Of a stretch of 64,000 bases of DNA, positions 51,801-64,000 are shown one piece after another (within the stretch, counting starts at the first letter, position 1; each line of letters begins with the position of its first letter). The DNA comes from Botryllus schlosseri. Its lineage: Eukaryota. Location: positions 22,322,001-22,386,000 of the forward strand of contig CM119372.1 of assembly GCA_051294905.1 (NCBI GenBank), given 5' to 3'. The translations under genes were made by a program, and so were the position numbers. A model generated the notes under the pieces. The model did no database searches. It was not told the DNA's origin and saw nothing but the letters and a program-made list of their open reading frames with translations.

Positions 51801-54800
51801 ATCATCGACTGGTGCTCGCAAACGGCGCTTGACAATCACAATTAGGTTTACAATCGAACACAATATTCATACCGAATTGTACACTAGTCAGGGGTAATCG
51901 CCAGCAACGAGTAGAGAATTGTAAGGGGCATTCTCGACTAGTTGCTCACTATTACCGCCGACGAGTGTCGGCCGAAAATATTCGGGGTTATTTCAATATG
52001 AATACATTCGTCAATTGCATAACGATGTTCTGCACCTCCAAGAGTCTCCACAATTAGGGCATAACGATCCAAGAACTCGATTACGAATAAAGTGTCCAAT
52101 AGGGATGTTCAAAAATGATTTTTCTCTCAAATTGTACTGGGTAGGCTACTTGGTAAAATTGTTAGGTTGCCTAATTTAGGCCTACACACCAAATTTGGTT
52201 CAATTCCAGCCAGTAGCCGCATTGCTACAGGAGAAGAAACTTTCTATTTATTGTATAAAAATGAATTTTGACAAAAATTTTGAAATTTTCTGTCCACCCC
52301 ATGAAAGGGATAGGTTGTCCACGGAAACGATGTTCACCAAATTTGGCTCAATTCCAACTAGTGGAAGCCGAGTTATTGCCGTCGAAAAATTTGGATTTGA
52401 ATAAAATAGTATTTACGGCGGGCACACCTATAATAAATAATTAAAGAATTGGTCACCGTAAATACTATTTTATTGATAATCCAAATTTTTAGAAGTAGTC
52501 TCAGGAAGGAAAGGAAAGCAGAGTAAGCAGTTCAAATCAGCATAACCTACTAGAGTACTCCTAAAACAGGGACGGGCAACTTCTCCAGTGGGTTTGGCCT
52601 GATGTGGGACTTGAGTAGCCTACATGGCGGGCCGGATTGCTGAATCGATACATTAATCTTGGATTTATCCAACTACCCAAGGAATGTATCATATTTCATG
52701 TAAACTTCAAGTTCAACCCATAAAGATCAAAAAGAGCATTCAATGAATTTATCAACTTATCAACGTAGTGTACTTCAAAAGTCGCTGACGTCAATGAGAA
52801 ATCTGTGGTCGATCTGATTTGTCTACAAGTTTTATGAATTCTGGTTGCATGTCGGATGTAGAAGCCCTTAGTACAGACTGCACATGAACACCAGATTAGA
52901 ATATAGATAACTAACCTACGGATAGATACGCAGCACCCGTCGTCACGCTTGCTTGCTCAGTGTAAATTACTGCTCAGCAATCTGAAATTGCTAATCCCAT
53001 AGCTGAAGACCAGAGAGCTCAAATTAAATAAAGTTGATATTATTTTAAAGCTACTGCCGTGCTTGATTCCGAAGTCATTCATTAAAATTTCATCAAGGCA
53101 ATGGAACCACCCCGAAATAGCCTCCAAAGTCCGAAAACCGGCATTGTTCTGAACAATCGCAGCGACGCAGCACAATGACCATAACAATGACCCTTGCGTG
53201 GTTGCGATTGTTCAGAACAATGCCGATTTTCATAATTCGAGATGTATTTCGAGGGAGTTCCAACTTCCATTGTCCTGATCGGATTTTAATGTGTATTTTT
53301 GGAATCAGCGCGACAGTGGCTTTCAGATAATATCAACTTGAGTTAATTTGAGCGATTGGGTCGTCAGCTATGGTGGGATTAGCAATTATGTTGCTTTCAG
53401 ATTGCTGAGCAGTAATTTACACTGAGCAAGCAAGCGTGACGACGGGTGTTGCGTATCTATTCGTAGGTTGGTTATCTATAATTGGAACGAAGCTTCGTCT
53501 TGTTAATGGTCTTGATCGAAAAATAATTCGACGTAGTAAGCCAGTAGCGATGGATTGCGGCAAACTGGGGCCACGAGTCACATTATCATGCAAGACCAGA
53601 AACTGTCTGCGGGCCGGACCCGGAAACGTTAACGAACAGAGCAATTACTGACCAAGTTCGTGTGTGGCAGGCTGCGCACAGATGCATGATATTGAAATGG
53701 TGATCACGGATTGAGTAGGAGCTTTCGGCAGCGTGACAGAACACTTTGTCTCTTCGACGTGAAAATCGGGATCGGGAACCGGAATTTCGGCACCTGATAA
53801 CAAAAGGGCTTTTGAAAACAGATTTCAGATCTGAAATATTTCGACTTACCGTCATTTCCCTGCGTTGATAGAAATTTTACATCAATAATACTTAAATGTT
53901 TGGGAAAATGAATGAGCACAACGCGACTTTCTCGGTCGTCACCGAGTTCGTAATCTTCGGTTGACAATCTTGCTACTATATCTTGTACCATGTTGCAGTA
54001 TATTCTGGATAAAAACAAGAGATCGTTACGAGCGCGGAAACTCAGAATACATCTGAATGATATTTTCATATTTCAATACCTAAAGCTGTTCGAGCTTACA
54101 CTCATCAGGGTTACCGCGAGCAATAACACGAATTCGTATAACATTATTCTGCATCGCTAATTATCATGTCAAAAAAAACAAGTGTTGCCTACAATCCAGA
54201 GGATAAGTTACACATCTTTATAAAGGGTCACAATATAATTCATCAGTCTGTTCTTCTACAAATATTAAAATTTGTCAACCTATTCTATGAGCAGTTGACC
54301 GCAAAGGATTTGTTAATTATTGAAAATCGCGCATCAACTATACCTAGTACTCTTTGCATCCGTGTTATATGTCTCTCATACCGATGAATTGAATTCTGTG
54401 AGATACCACACCACAATTAGCTACTGATTGTTGCTTAAGACAGTTTTTGAATGTCGGAGTAACAGCTGACAGTAATCCCTCATGTGATGGCTCGATAAGC
54501 TTCAAGTAATAAACTGCGAATATATTATTCAAATGTATTCCGAAAATGAAATTAGTCCAAGTATGACAAACGTATGCAAAAACCAGTCCGTCACTGTAAT
54601 AACGGGTTCCCATTGAGGCATGCGACATTCAAGTGCATAAGCTACACAGCTGCAAGCATGGTGCAAGCTGTATCTCTAGTGTCAACAACTCAATCTTTCA
54701 AGACAAATAACCACCTCCAAACCCCATTATTACAACCGCATTATTACGGTATCAACCGGAACAGTCGTAAATGAGAACGAGTATCGATCCTTTCAATAGG

Positions 54801-57800
54801 ATAAACTTGCATATCTGTTGATATTATGAAGCCGGATTGCTGGAAAATATTCATCTCAAGATGAAAATTGCAGCCGTCTAAGTCTATCTAGTGTACATAA
54901 TCGTCCTTACTGCATATGTTTCAAGGAAGAAAATCAGAAATAAAGACTCACCTTGAAGGCGGTGTCAGCGTTAACTTAGGCTTATCTTTAGTTACAGTGT
55001 AAAAGACGACAGGCAATATCCGAGGCAGTACAAAATGAATTTTATTAATAGAAAATCTCAATTGACGCAACGTATAATGTCCTGGCTTGGCAGTCTGAAA
55101 AATACAAAGAAACAAAAATCAGTGTGGAGATATTGTTATTGTAGCAAATCATTTTAACCACAGTTTTGGAATTTCCATGGGAAAATATTGCTAATATTTT
55201 CAGCTGACACTCTGCCATCGGCAAACATCTATTAGATAATCCGATTTGGGCGAATAATTATCGAGACGACAGATTTCGCGTCGTTGGGAGGGGCCGTTCA
55301 CACTTCCATTTGTGTGCCTTGGAGTCGACTTTTATCAAAATACACCAACCCAAACTCTGTCAACAAAAGGAGTTTGTGTACCACCTGAAAATAGTACATT
55401 GAACGCTCTCTCGTTTGAAATTTCATGCTGGTGATGTCATATTTTGTCATACGATTGTTGATATACAATGCTCTTTCCAATTCTCTACTAGTTGCTGACG
55501 ATTACCCCTGACGAGGTTCAGCCAAAAATATTCGGGTTTATTTCAATATGAATATACTATTCAATAGTATATTAAAGATATGTACCTCCAAGAAGCTCTC
55601 CAAATACGTCCAATATTGCATTACGTTATTTCTATCCACAAGTTACACTACTTTCAGTTGAGTACAACTGACCAGCGATACCCCTACTTCAGGATAGCGT
55701 CCGCCACCCCACGTTGTTGGGACGATGTCTCAACGGGTTATGGAAATAAAAATTCCATCAACTTAGTTGCAAGTGAATACTAAAACATTTGACTTTTGAC
55801 ACATTTCCGAAATAGGCTAAACGCACCAGCCAACTTGACCGCATTGACTTTGACGTCGATCACTACATCACAGCGTTTGACTCACTTTCACTGGGATTTC
55901 AATAACATTGTCGCCGGGACAAAGGGTGACGTTCGTCACTTCTAAATTGTCAAGGTACTCCTCCATCACGATATTGGTGGTGCTCGAATGAATGCTGCAT
56001 ACAGACTGGTAACTGTCCTGCCTGCGTAGCAGTTGCCTGGCCGAACGGCAGGTGATGCCCGCCCATAGGATGCTGTCCTCCTGAAAATAATTTGACACGT
56101 CACTTTATAATATTATACATGGTAACCAGCATAAGTTAGTATGACCAGATAGGAAGATACGGCTAAATTAGCTGTTTTTGGCACGTTTGGTGAAATTACA
56201 CAGCCACTAGAGGGTTCATGAACCCAAAATCATGATAAAATTATTTCATTTGAGACCAACACTTTTTGAAATTCAAATATTTCACTTCACCCTAGAATAA
56301 CATGGTGCGATATTTGATGTCTGCCACACTGAACTCAAAACTAGTTTCCAAAGCCTAAATAGCAACATAAAAGACACAAGCGACCCCTTCTAGGACACCA
56401 ACGACCAACTTTGAAAACCGTAATTCAATGAGAAAACAGTATGAAAATCATACGTAATTGCATATATGTAGAATCCAATGATCATGCTGATTAACGAAGG
56501 ATTGGTCCCGGGTCACGACGTTATTGCAATCTAATATCACATCTACATACCGCAATTACCCGGCGGGAACAGAAGCAAAGTAGTTTTAGTCTTTCAGCTA
56601 GGTTTCGTATACTTATACTGTAGTTTTACTCGTTAAGCTAGGTTTTGTGTACTCGTACTAATTACTCAACTGAATATGCTTTTTGACTTCCACTCATCGG
56701 TTTTTGACCAAACTAGTGACCCTTTTACACTTCACATTTTGTGAAGTAGAAATTAGTTGTGCGATATGCTCGCATCACTATTATGAGAAAAAAATTGGCA
56801 TGGCAACTGGGCAAACGAGCAGCGGTGCCATGGTAACAGAATATTTTGAAAAATGGCCACCACCCCTCGACTGCTAAAATAAGCGATCAAACCTTTTTTA
56901 AAACTATTTTTCCAATTTTGATTTTCTGCTTCTACAAGTTTGACATGTTTTAGAAATTTCTGCTTCTGGTTGTGATTGAATAGAAATTTGCAACGTTACT
57001 TCGACTTCTACACGAGTAGCAACACTTCACTGCTTTGATCAACACTAACGATTACTGGGAATTCTATTGCAAAGCAATTCAAATTACGATTGCTTTTCAA
57101 CTGCGTCCAATAAACGCACAAGAACAGACCGAATCAGTGACAACCAGCCCAAGATTCTCTCGATACAGGCCAGACTCAATTGTATGCAAACATACCCTCC
57201 GCGCATTAAGTTTGGGCAAGCTTTCACAAGTATGTTCACAACAACATATACTAGATTCGTTGGCAAGAGACAGTGCGTAAAAAATACAACAGGCGAAAAA
57301 CATAATGATGAATACGATACATACATTTGACAGCTGTATTCAGGTTCTGGAGCAAAAATCAGTTACGAAAGCAAAATGAACAATTAGTATCAACTTGCCG
57401 ACACGCCAAAAAATGTGCAACTGTGGCGTAGCTAACAAGCATCTACCGCTAATCCATGCTTTGCAACCGACAGTGAACAGCAATTACCTTTTCTTCGTAC
57501 TCGTACGAAATGTGAATCATTCGCGGCAAACGATTGGCAAGACATTTCGAAGGTTCCGTTAATGGCTCTTCAATCGGAATCAACTGAATTATTCAGAGAA
57601 ATTAGGCAGACTGATTATAATCTTCATCAGAAACTCGCCAGCAAGCATTCACCCAGTGCAAATCATAAATAGTCACGCTCTAGTGTGAAGTGGCCTATAA
57701 GGGACACTTGTAACCTGCAGTTCACCAAGAAAATAGTGCTGACTAAGTTACAATGTTTAATAACAGCCGGCACGAAAAATCTGTTTGCAATAAAGCCTTT

Positions 57801-60800
57801 AGTCTGGTACGTTTGAACTAATCTCAAGTGGGCTAAGAGAAGAGATAAAAATATTAATATTTATATGCTGACCTTGACCATATTGTTCAATAGCGTCAAA
57901 AATTATGTTATTGGTAGTTTGATGTCAACTTTTATTGAAACAAAGATGATTTGTGGCTACTGAATACACTGGACCGGAAAATAAATGTTTCATTGCAGAT
58001 TCAGTATTCACTGGGGACGATTTCTGGTTGGGAATGACCAACATTAAAACTCCAGATAGCACACATTATTCTCAATAAAGAGCACAAAAATTTGTACACA
58101 CACATCACTACGATCCTAGTCCATATTATTGGTAAAATTTCTTTTAATATGTTAATATCTAAGTGCAGAAGTGATGATTGATTAATGATTATACACGCAA
58201 GTGACCACAACAGTACCTGTATTGTTCCATCGGGCCCGAGTGGTGTTTTCTGCGATATTGCACATAGACTGTCGTAACTGTTTCCGGATAGATACCGCCT
58301 CCGTCGTGGGGGCTTGGGCATGGATGCTGCGGAGTCGTTGAAAAGAAAAACACAGTTTCTAACCATTGATACCGCAACTAACTTTCTACAATACAAAATT
58401 TAAATGCAAATAACATAAAATTTCAGACACCACTCTTGAGCTGAGAATTAGACCAAGATCAAAGCCAAATTCATAGAACCGCCAAAAACCAGCAGTAGGT
58501 AAGCATTTTCTCCATGGTAACAAAGTTGACCCAACATATAAACGTAGTGTACGAGGTGTTTGGGCTGTTAGTAATCAGTTAAACATCTACCCAATATGTC
58601 TGCAACGTAAATCAATGAAATAGTCGTACATAGGTAATGGTAGAACGTTCAAACTTCAGTCTAACAACAATTATATCTAACAATCATCATCGTCATTTTA
58701 TTAGAATTTTTATCAAATCAATACACCAAAAGATTGAAATATAATGAAAAGATAAGAGGGTGCCGAAACGACTTGGAGTAGCCTTTTAATCATACACCCA
58801 CCACGCACTGACGCAAGCTAACATATCAGATATGCACGCAATACCTCGACGTAAAGCATTGGACGGCTGCTTGGCAGAGGATGTGCCGTTGAATTCTGCA
58901 TTGTTGGATTCTTCGTCAGAGGAGATCTGTGAGATTGATATAAAATAAGTCACTGGGATACTCCATTTTGCAAAGTGCGTGTTATTACTAGAGGAGAAAT
59001 ATAGTCAACTACACGAACAACCAGTAACACCATCAAAACTTCATGACAAACGAGCATGGGCCATGTGTATGTCTAAATTTATCTTATGAAGGATTTTTTC
59101 CAGAAGTCACATGAAAACTGAAGATAGCTGAAAATTCCAAACCCAACCTAAATTTCCAGATCCAGTGTTTGAAACCCCACTCCAAACTAGATCCAACATC
59201 TCTGCTGTCCCTATTTTGATCAGCGCTAGAAATAACAAACATATCTCACCGTCGTGTAAGTCAGGGCGTCTCTCTCCTCTTCTTCGTCGAGAGTTTCCGT
59301 GACGGGAGATTTGTCGTCGTTGGAGAGCGCCTGGTGCCGGAGGCTCAATTGTAAGGAGTGAAAGTGCATTGGCTTGGGAGCCTTGGAGCGTACGCGCAAT
59401 AAAATATGCTGACGGGTCTTGTGACGAATACTGGTTTGTACTGGATTGAACTGGATCGATCTGAATTGAATTGTGGCAGACGGATGAATTTCGATAAGTG
59501 AACATATAAAATAATTAATAATTGAAGCAAAATTTGAGATTGACATGTTGTCAAATGGCGATGGCACGAAATGAGTAGCAGTAGCCCATAATCAGCGGTT
59601 CTATTATTTTATCTGCTCAAGACACACAATGTACATTGCGATACACGAGACACAATGCTATGCTGAACACAAATAGATGCGGAAACGACCAAGCGTTAGT
59701 TCGTCAATCGCTGAGGTGGTCAGCAACAAAGTAATTCTATTTTTCCAGAACAATCAAGGGTCTGCCTACTTACACACTTACTTCACGTGGTTGCTTTTCA
59801 ACTACTTCTACTTCACTGTTTTCCGTATTTTAGACAGATGTAGGCGTGGAATACTTACCTTTTTACTTCCTTGGAAATCTCTATTTGTACTTGGGTGGAA
59901 ATTTACGAGACTTATAATTCTACTTGAGTGCCATTGATGACTAGGACCGTGAAAACCTCTGGTCGATCTAACAGCCACCTCGGCATACTGGTATGCCCCT
60001 GTCTCTTGACTTAAAGAGTGGGTATGGGCTTGAAATACTTAACATCGCATTGAACAGTTGCCAGTCCATCGTAAATATGGCCGATAACTGATACCAGCAC
60101 CTGACTACGAGCCAGTAAAATCAATACCACATGATTGACATTCGCACAAACTTACGTGGCTGAAGCAAAAACCGCTAATAATATCGGCAAATTGTTGTCG
60201 CCGAAATCCGTCGAAAGTGAGCACAGCTCGTCGCAATAGAACGACTTCTTCTCTTCCGTCAAAAACGGGTTGCACATCAGCATGCAACACATCCTGACGT
60301 ACCTAAAAACAGGAACTTGAAATGTGACTTTAGAGAGCGGGGTTGCCAGATCACACCAAGCCTCCGAAACAAAACTCCCCGATTCAATGGTCAAATGGGC
60401 TTGACTCGAAATTCTAACATTCTAGTGACACCTTGAATGGAATGACAATTTTGTATGAAAATCGATAATGAGTTAACTGCCCCGATAGTCATATGTTATG
60501 GTAACAATGGTTACGTTAACAATGTTATTGTTTTCCGGTCGTATCCTAACTTGCTCTTTGCATTATTTGACCATGAAATTTGGCTGCCAAGTCGACATAT
60601 TTTCACGGTCAACTGTTGGAAAATACGTTGCGATTTTAACCATTCTGCAGCGAAAACGAACAAATCGTAGCCGTAAGAAAAAGAATAGTCGTCAAAATAC
60701 CTCCGAACATTGCACATCTGTTTGTAACACTTGGCCAATCTTTCGCTGGCGTCCGCGTTCAATCTGGGCCAGGCCTCGTTGTGATACATTCGAACGCAAT

Positions 60801-63590
60801 CCAAGAAAAACGATTCGGCTTTAGCGGGCTCCCCCGATCTCCTGAATATCAACGATGCGAATAGCATACATTAGTGCACACGCAATTCTGTAAGGTCAGC
60901 ACAAGTGTCGACAAAGAAAACAAAATATTGGTTGATATATGAAATGAGTTAAATTCGGCAACAAAAAACACAGAAGCCTTGGTTTGGATCTCTCATTCCC
61001 AAACACCACCAAATGGCGAGAAGATATCTGTGCAGACTGTGGAATGTGGGACGTGGGTGGATACATCTGTTATTAGCACCTGACATTGCAAAATTAGTAT
61101 GATAATAGTACTTGATACTATGTAGTATTCAGTCTACTATTTCCAGTGCAAATCTAGAACGTATACCTTATTGAATTACATTTCTGTCAAGTAGTGATCA
61201 ACCCTCACAATAGTCACAAACGCTACGAAGGAGTCATGTTCCAGAAACACAATATTATTCTTCACATCATTATTATTTATTTTTCTCATGGCCACAAATA
61301 CTGTATGTATTTGCACTTTTTAAGTCATTGTTACTGTTACAATGTCAAATAGGTGGTACTCTAACACTCTACTCAAAATCGAATCATCCAGTCACCCAGA
61401 AACTCAATTTTTCCCAGCCCTAGTGGCGACAAAAAAATTGGCTTGTATCGAATTTACCTCAGCTCGACACATTGCTGAGGAAATTATCAAATTCAAAATT
61501 ATAAACATTCAAATGGTATCACCCCGAGTGAGGAGTTTCCAGTATTACATCGATAACTGATGATAACAATAGAACAGCAATCAAGAACTGGGTAGACGTG
61601 CTAGATCGATCATTGAGGCATTACCTTACATTATGTCATGCCAGCTTGCCTGACACAAACACACAAGTGGATAAAATCTTCGGAAATCCTGAACAAAGCC
61701 TACACTAGATGCGCAACGTTTCACCCAGGAGTCTTACATATAAAATTCTGCGAGATCTCTGCCCAAATTCCGCGCAAACCGGTATCTGTCGGTATGCTTG
61801 AAAGTTCCCATGGCCAGTTCCGACAGTTCCAAATACTCTTTACGAAAGTTCTCTTTTGACGACAAGGCGTTTCGGAGAATCTACAAAACAACAATTGGTG
61901 TCGGCAATAGTGATCGTTCTCAACGCAAATCAACATCTATTCAAACTCTTCAAGATTAAGCATGCGCACATACGCCATGCTGACAACGATGCCTATTTCT
62001 GCAATTCGAGACCAAATTTTTATACTTGATACTTGAACATGCCAAATTTGAGCATCGAAACATTAGAACATTCTAGTTTTCAACAGAAGTAGTGCTACCT
62101 TTTGGAGTACTCGAGCAGATTTTGCTTACGTTCTCATTTTATGCAGATGTCTATATATTTTTAGACTACTTCCAAATCTACTTGATAGTTTTTGTAGCTG
62201 ATCTTCAAGGCAAGTCAAAACTACATCAATTAGAACAAGAATACGAAAGGTAAAAGAAGTGCTCAGGTAAGTAGCTCAAGTAGCAGTGTATGATTTTAGG
62301 GGCCAGTCAGAGGTGAGACACTTTCAAAATTACAAGACTCGTCCATGCAACTAACGCAAAATGTATGACGACACTCCCTACAATAGTGATACATTTGCTA
62401 ATTCGTCTGGTTGATATGACGACGGCGCTGACAAAAGCTATGCATCGATAATGCACGAGGCAAGGCCTATTCGGATACTGCAAAAAAGCACAAAGTTGCC
62501 ACCGACTTTACGCCCAGATAGCACAGGCACACTTGACAAGGGTCTACAATCTTACTCAACTCACCAACGAAGAAGGTTTAGCGAGACCGTCTCTCTCTTC
62601 TTCATCGCCCATCCCAGAGATTAGATCGACGACAACCTGAAGATTTTCCGAGCTCGTGTCGACGTCCGGCATTAAACCGCAGAGTTCACCCAGGTTCAAA
62701 AGCTGAACGAAACTTGCGCACTCGACACTGTGACTCCGGGTGAGCGTTGTGGGGTTGAAGAGGTTCCTAACCCCATATACTTGGTCATCGACACTTTCCA
62801 ATTAGGATCAATACATAAAGTTTTTTATATTTATAACAACATGATAAGTGACAATTTCCTATGGAGGAACTACGAAGGACTATGAAGTTTTAAGCGCATA
62901 TCGCACGATAACGAAGTACGGTGATTTAGAAGAGAAATTGCTTGTACGCTTGATTTCACTGATTGTGATTCTCCTAGAATTCTTACAAGTGTGAATCTGT
63001 CATAGCGTACATAATGTATATCAGGATGCCAACAAATTAGATCAACACAAAAATGTGTAATGTGCAACGAATCAAATATGTTTTATCGAGGGGGTTCGTA
63101 GCGCCTACATCGACTGTATAACATGCTGTCCAGTGGTGAGATGACACTTGTGAAGCTGATAAAAACAACCGAAGTAAATCTGAGCACATTAATCAAGGCA
63201 CAAGAATGGATGAGTGATAAGTTTGTGCCATAATTTGGAAAGAAATCGAAACCGACAATGGCAATGCATTGCAAAATATTGTGGCAGTCTGCACGTTTGA
63301 GACTAGCACCGTAACACCGCCATGATGTATAGTGGGAAGCAAAGGCATTGGCATAATCAGTTATTGAATCCTGGGTGGCGTATAGTATTTCAAATCACCT
63401 TTGATCTTGCCAGATTCCACAAGTTGGCTATTTCCAGTTGCAAGTCATTATTGGACATGTTCATACCGCCCTCCAATCCTCCATTCCAAACGCCATTGTC
63501 GTACTTGCTCTTCAATCTCTCCAGACTTTGTGTTATCTCCATGCAATTCATGAACACCCAACAGTCTTTGGCGCCGGGCGGCATATCAAT
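39717..63590 (-). CDS. TRAPPC10: TRAPP II subunit TRAPPC10/TMEM1, 5'-partial, 19 exons in window (3285 nt including stop)
   Basis: The exon chain is phase-consistent with GT-AG introns. It matches recalled TRAPPC10 motifs in order: PPGAKDCWVF, LGELCGL, LGRDLAEFYM, LLRRQDS, PGHYTLRQL, WAVCGKSTGVIS, IMPLVAGFL. Confidence 0.93.
40729..41842 (-). mobile_element. hAT deletion derivative with a transposase C-terminal remnant (about 40900-41130)
   Basis: TAGGGTT...AACCCTA ends with ATCCGG subterminal repeats; peptide EAERAFNTSGLFVTKLRSRLQDATIDAVCFIR matches hATC. TSD not preserved. Confidence 0.8.
42196..42581. mobile_element. hAT MITE family E, copy 5 (TRAPPC10 intron)
   Basis: Perfect TSD ccctaaca. 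Confidence 0.9.
42956..43156 (-). CDS. TRAPPC10: TRAPPC10 exon (VIDTRGRWAVCGKSTGVIS...RSGEF)
   Basis: ccgcag| acceptor and |gtacgt donor; 201 nt, phase 1/1; carries the WAVCGK motif. Confidence 0.93.
44024..44177 (-). CDS. TRAPPC10: TRAPPC10 exon (QPLYTVSL...QLLMYH)
   Basis: ttccagCAG tandem acceptor and |gtgagt donor; 154 nt, phase 0/1. Confidence 0.85.
44932..45093 (-). CDS. TRAPPC10: TRAPPC10 exon (KIAPAQKVTFAWK...SDIVE)
   Basis: tccag| acceptor and |gtcggg donor; 162 nt, phase 0/0. Confidence 0.8.
46965..47130. repeat. Short tandem duplication (~82-bp unit, two copies plus a partial)
   Basis: GTCCCGATTAG...TTTAATCACA.GATTAGCA...CCGGAT...ATTATCTCC is repeated. Confidence 0.7.
47501..47758 (-). 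CDS. TRAPPC10: TRAPPC10 exon (ISFNLPWDE...VQVENCSPHSFSL...NEKK)
   Basis: tttcag| acceptor and |gtaggc donor; 258 nt, phase 0/0. Confidence 0.85.
47848..48092. mobile_element. Short hAT-type MITE
   Basis: Perfect TIR CAGTGCTTTTCAACC; TSD decayed. Confidence 0.75.
49459..50564. mobile_element. MITE with CATAGGCGCCGAAC TIRs and an internal ~40-bp tandem array (about 49780-50000)
   Basis: 14-bp perfect TIR and GCATACC subterminal motifs; TSD not evident. Confidence 0.75.
51315..51760 (-). CDS. TRAPPC10: TRAPPC10 large low-complexity exon (ARRHHRRTQSAP...VTPGK)
   Basis: aacag| acceptor and |gtgggt donor; 446 nt, open and GC-rich, phase 1/0; needed to bridge the phases of the flanking exons. Confidence 0.8.
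52903..53479. mobile_element. Long-TIR palindromic MITE in a TRAPPC10 intron
   Basis: About 85-bp near-perfect TIRs (ATAGATAACYAACCTACG...); the flanks fit either an AAT or a TA TSD, so the superfamily is unresolved. Confidence 0.8.
53653..53793 (-). CDS. TRAPPC10: TRAPPC10 exon (GAEIPVP...VTLPKAPTQSVITI...THEL)
   Basis: atcag| acceptor and |gtcagt donor; 141 nt, phase 1/1; follows a 56-nt intron. Confidence 0.8.
53850..54004 (-). CDS. TRAPPC10: TRAPPC10 exon (IYCNMVQDIV...TQGND)
   Basis: tccag| acceptor and |gtaagt donor; 155 nt, phase 2/1. Confidence 0.8.
54952..55094 (-). CDS. TRAPPC10: TRAPPC10 exon (TAKPGHYTLRQL...LTPPSR)
   Basis: tttcag| acceptor and |gtgagt donor; 143 nt, phase 0/2. 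Confidence 0.9.
55886..56080 (-). CDS. TRAPPC10: TRAPPC10 exon (EDSILWAGITCRSARQLLRRQDS...IPVK)
   Basis: tttcag| acceptor and |gtgagt donor; 195 nt, phase 0/0. Confidence 0.9.
57488..57583 (-). CDS. TRAPPC10: TRAPPC10 exon (LIPIEEPL...YEYEEK)
   Basis: ttcag| acceptor and |gtaatt donor; 96 nt, phase 0/0. Confidence 0.75.
58217..58326 (-). CDS. TRAPPC10: TRAPPC10 exon (ASMPKPPRRRRYLS...DGTIQ)
   Basis: cgcag| acceptor and |gtactg donor; 110 nt, phase 1/0. Confidence 0.7.
58845..58926 (-). CDS. TRAPPC10: TRAPPC10 exon (ISSDEESNNAEF...ALRR)
   Basis: cacag| acceptor and |gtattg donor; 82 nt, phase 0/1; bridges the phases of its neighbours. Confidence 0.7.
59250..59460 (-). CDS. TRAPPC10: TRAPPC10 exon (SIQFNPVQ...DALTYTT)
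   Basis: ttcag| acceptor and |gtgaga donor; 211 nt, phase 2/0. Confidence 0.8.
60156..60302 (-). CDS. TRAPPC10: TRAPPC10 exon (YVRMCCMLMCNPFLTEEKK...FASAT)
   Basis: ttttag| acceptor and |gtaag donor; 147 nt, phase 2/2. Confidence 0.9.
60701..60841 (-). CDS. TRAPPC10: TRAPPC10 exon (RSGEPAKAESFF...CNVRR)
   Basis: ttcag| acceptor and |gtattt donor; 141 nt, phase 2/2. Confidence 0.9.
61738..61880 (-). CDS. TRAPPC10: TRAPPC10 exon (ILRNALSSKENFRKEYL...GRDLAEFYM)
   Basis: ttgtag| acceptor and |gtaag donor; 143 nt, phase 0/2; this frame is not in the ORF track. Confidence 0.9.
62565..62702 (-). CDS. TRAPPC10: TRAPPC10 exon (LLNLGELCGL...KPSSL)
   Basis: ttcag| acceptor and |gtgagt donor; 138 nt, phase 0/0. 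Confidence 0.9.
63399..63590 (-). CDS. TRAPPC10: TRAPPC10 exon (IDMPPGAKDCWVF...NLARSK)
   Basis: ttgcag| acceptor and |gtgatt donor; 192 nt, phase 0/0. Confidence 0.85.
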
Positions 63591-64000
63591 CTGCAATTTA
63601 ACGTTGACGGTCATAGTCCGGCGCTTATGAGAACAATTTTCAGCGGCCTGCAGAGAGTCTTCTATCTTCCATGATAATGTGGCCGGCGACCACGAAACTA
63701 CTTGCTCTGTACGGGTTAATATACAAATGCCAGCAAACATTTTCAACCATAAAAATGAACAGATAAAGCTGCATTCCAATACAACTGATGCTAAGGTTGA
63801 GTCTTTACCAAGGGTTTCTACGTCCAGAGTTCATAGAACTTGTCAACAACTTTGATCGACCACAGATCTCATTGACTTCAACAGCTATTGAAGTACATTT
63901 CAACTTAAAATTCACATTATATACGATTTATTCCTTGTACGGGTGGATAAATAAACGATTACTGTATCGATTTAGGAATCCGACCCACCCCTGGATTAAG

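Noticed and set aside
55298..55480. Extra TRAPPC10 exon (VVHKLLLLTEFG...)
   Set aside because: The flanking exons already join in phase and are contiguous with the recalled family sequence. The donor is weak and there is no similarity.
63591..63905. Upstream extension of the first TRAPPC10 exon, or an extra exon near 63800-63900
   Set aside because: No resemblance to the expected upstream TRAPPC10 sequence; similarity starts at the CAG acceptor at 63591.

Overview
This is a eukaryotic, intron-containing and very transposon-rich window with nothing prokaryotic in it. The short 56-70 nt introns and dense MITEs suggest an invertebrate, possibly a tunicate, but that is inference only. Two spliced genes lie on the minus strand. 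eIF5A is complete (4 coding exons, 161 aa, hypusine motif intact, plus a likely non-coding first exon). TRAPPC10/TMEM1 is present as its 3' 19 exons (about 1094 codons, all GT-AG junctions phase-consistent), with its 5' end beyond the window. Most other sequence is nested non-autonomous DNA transposons: many hAT-type MITEs with intact 8-bp TSDs, a decayed piggyBac, a Kolobok-like MITE, a 1.7-kb foldback element, and two copies of a LINE 3' end that each host a stack of insertions. A possible decayed signal-peptide/Ig-domain gene sits at about 0.2-5.4 kb. Most ORFs in the supplied track are spurious. I found no demonstrable new biological system. The best leads are a ~200-bp module shared by unrelated transposons, an obligatory TRAPPC10 insert with clustered HxRxxS motifs, and the Ig-like relic. 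All family comparisons are from memory, not database searches.
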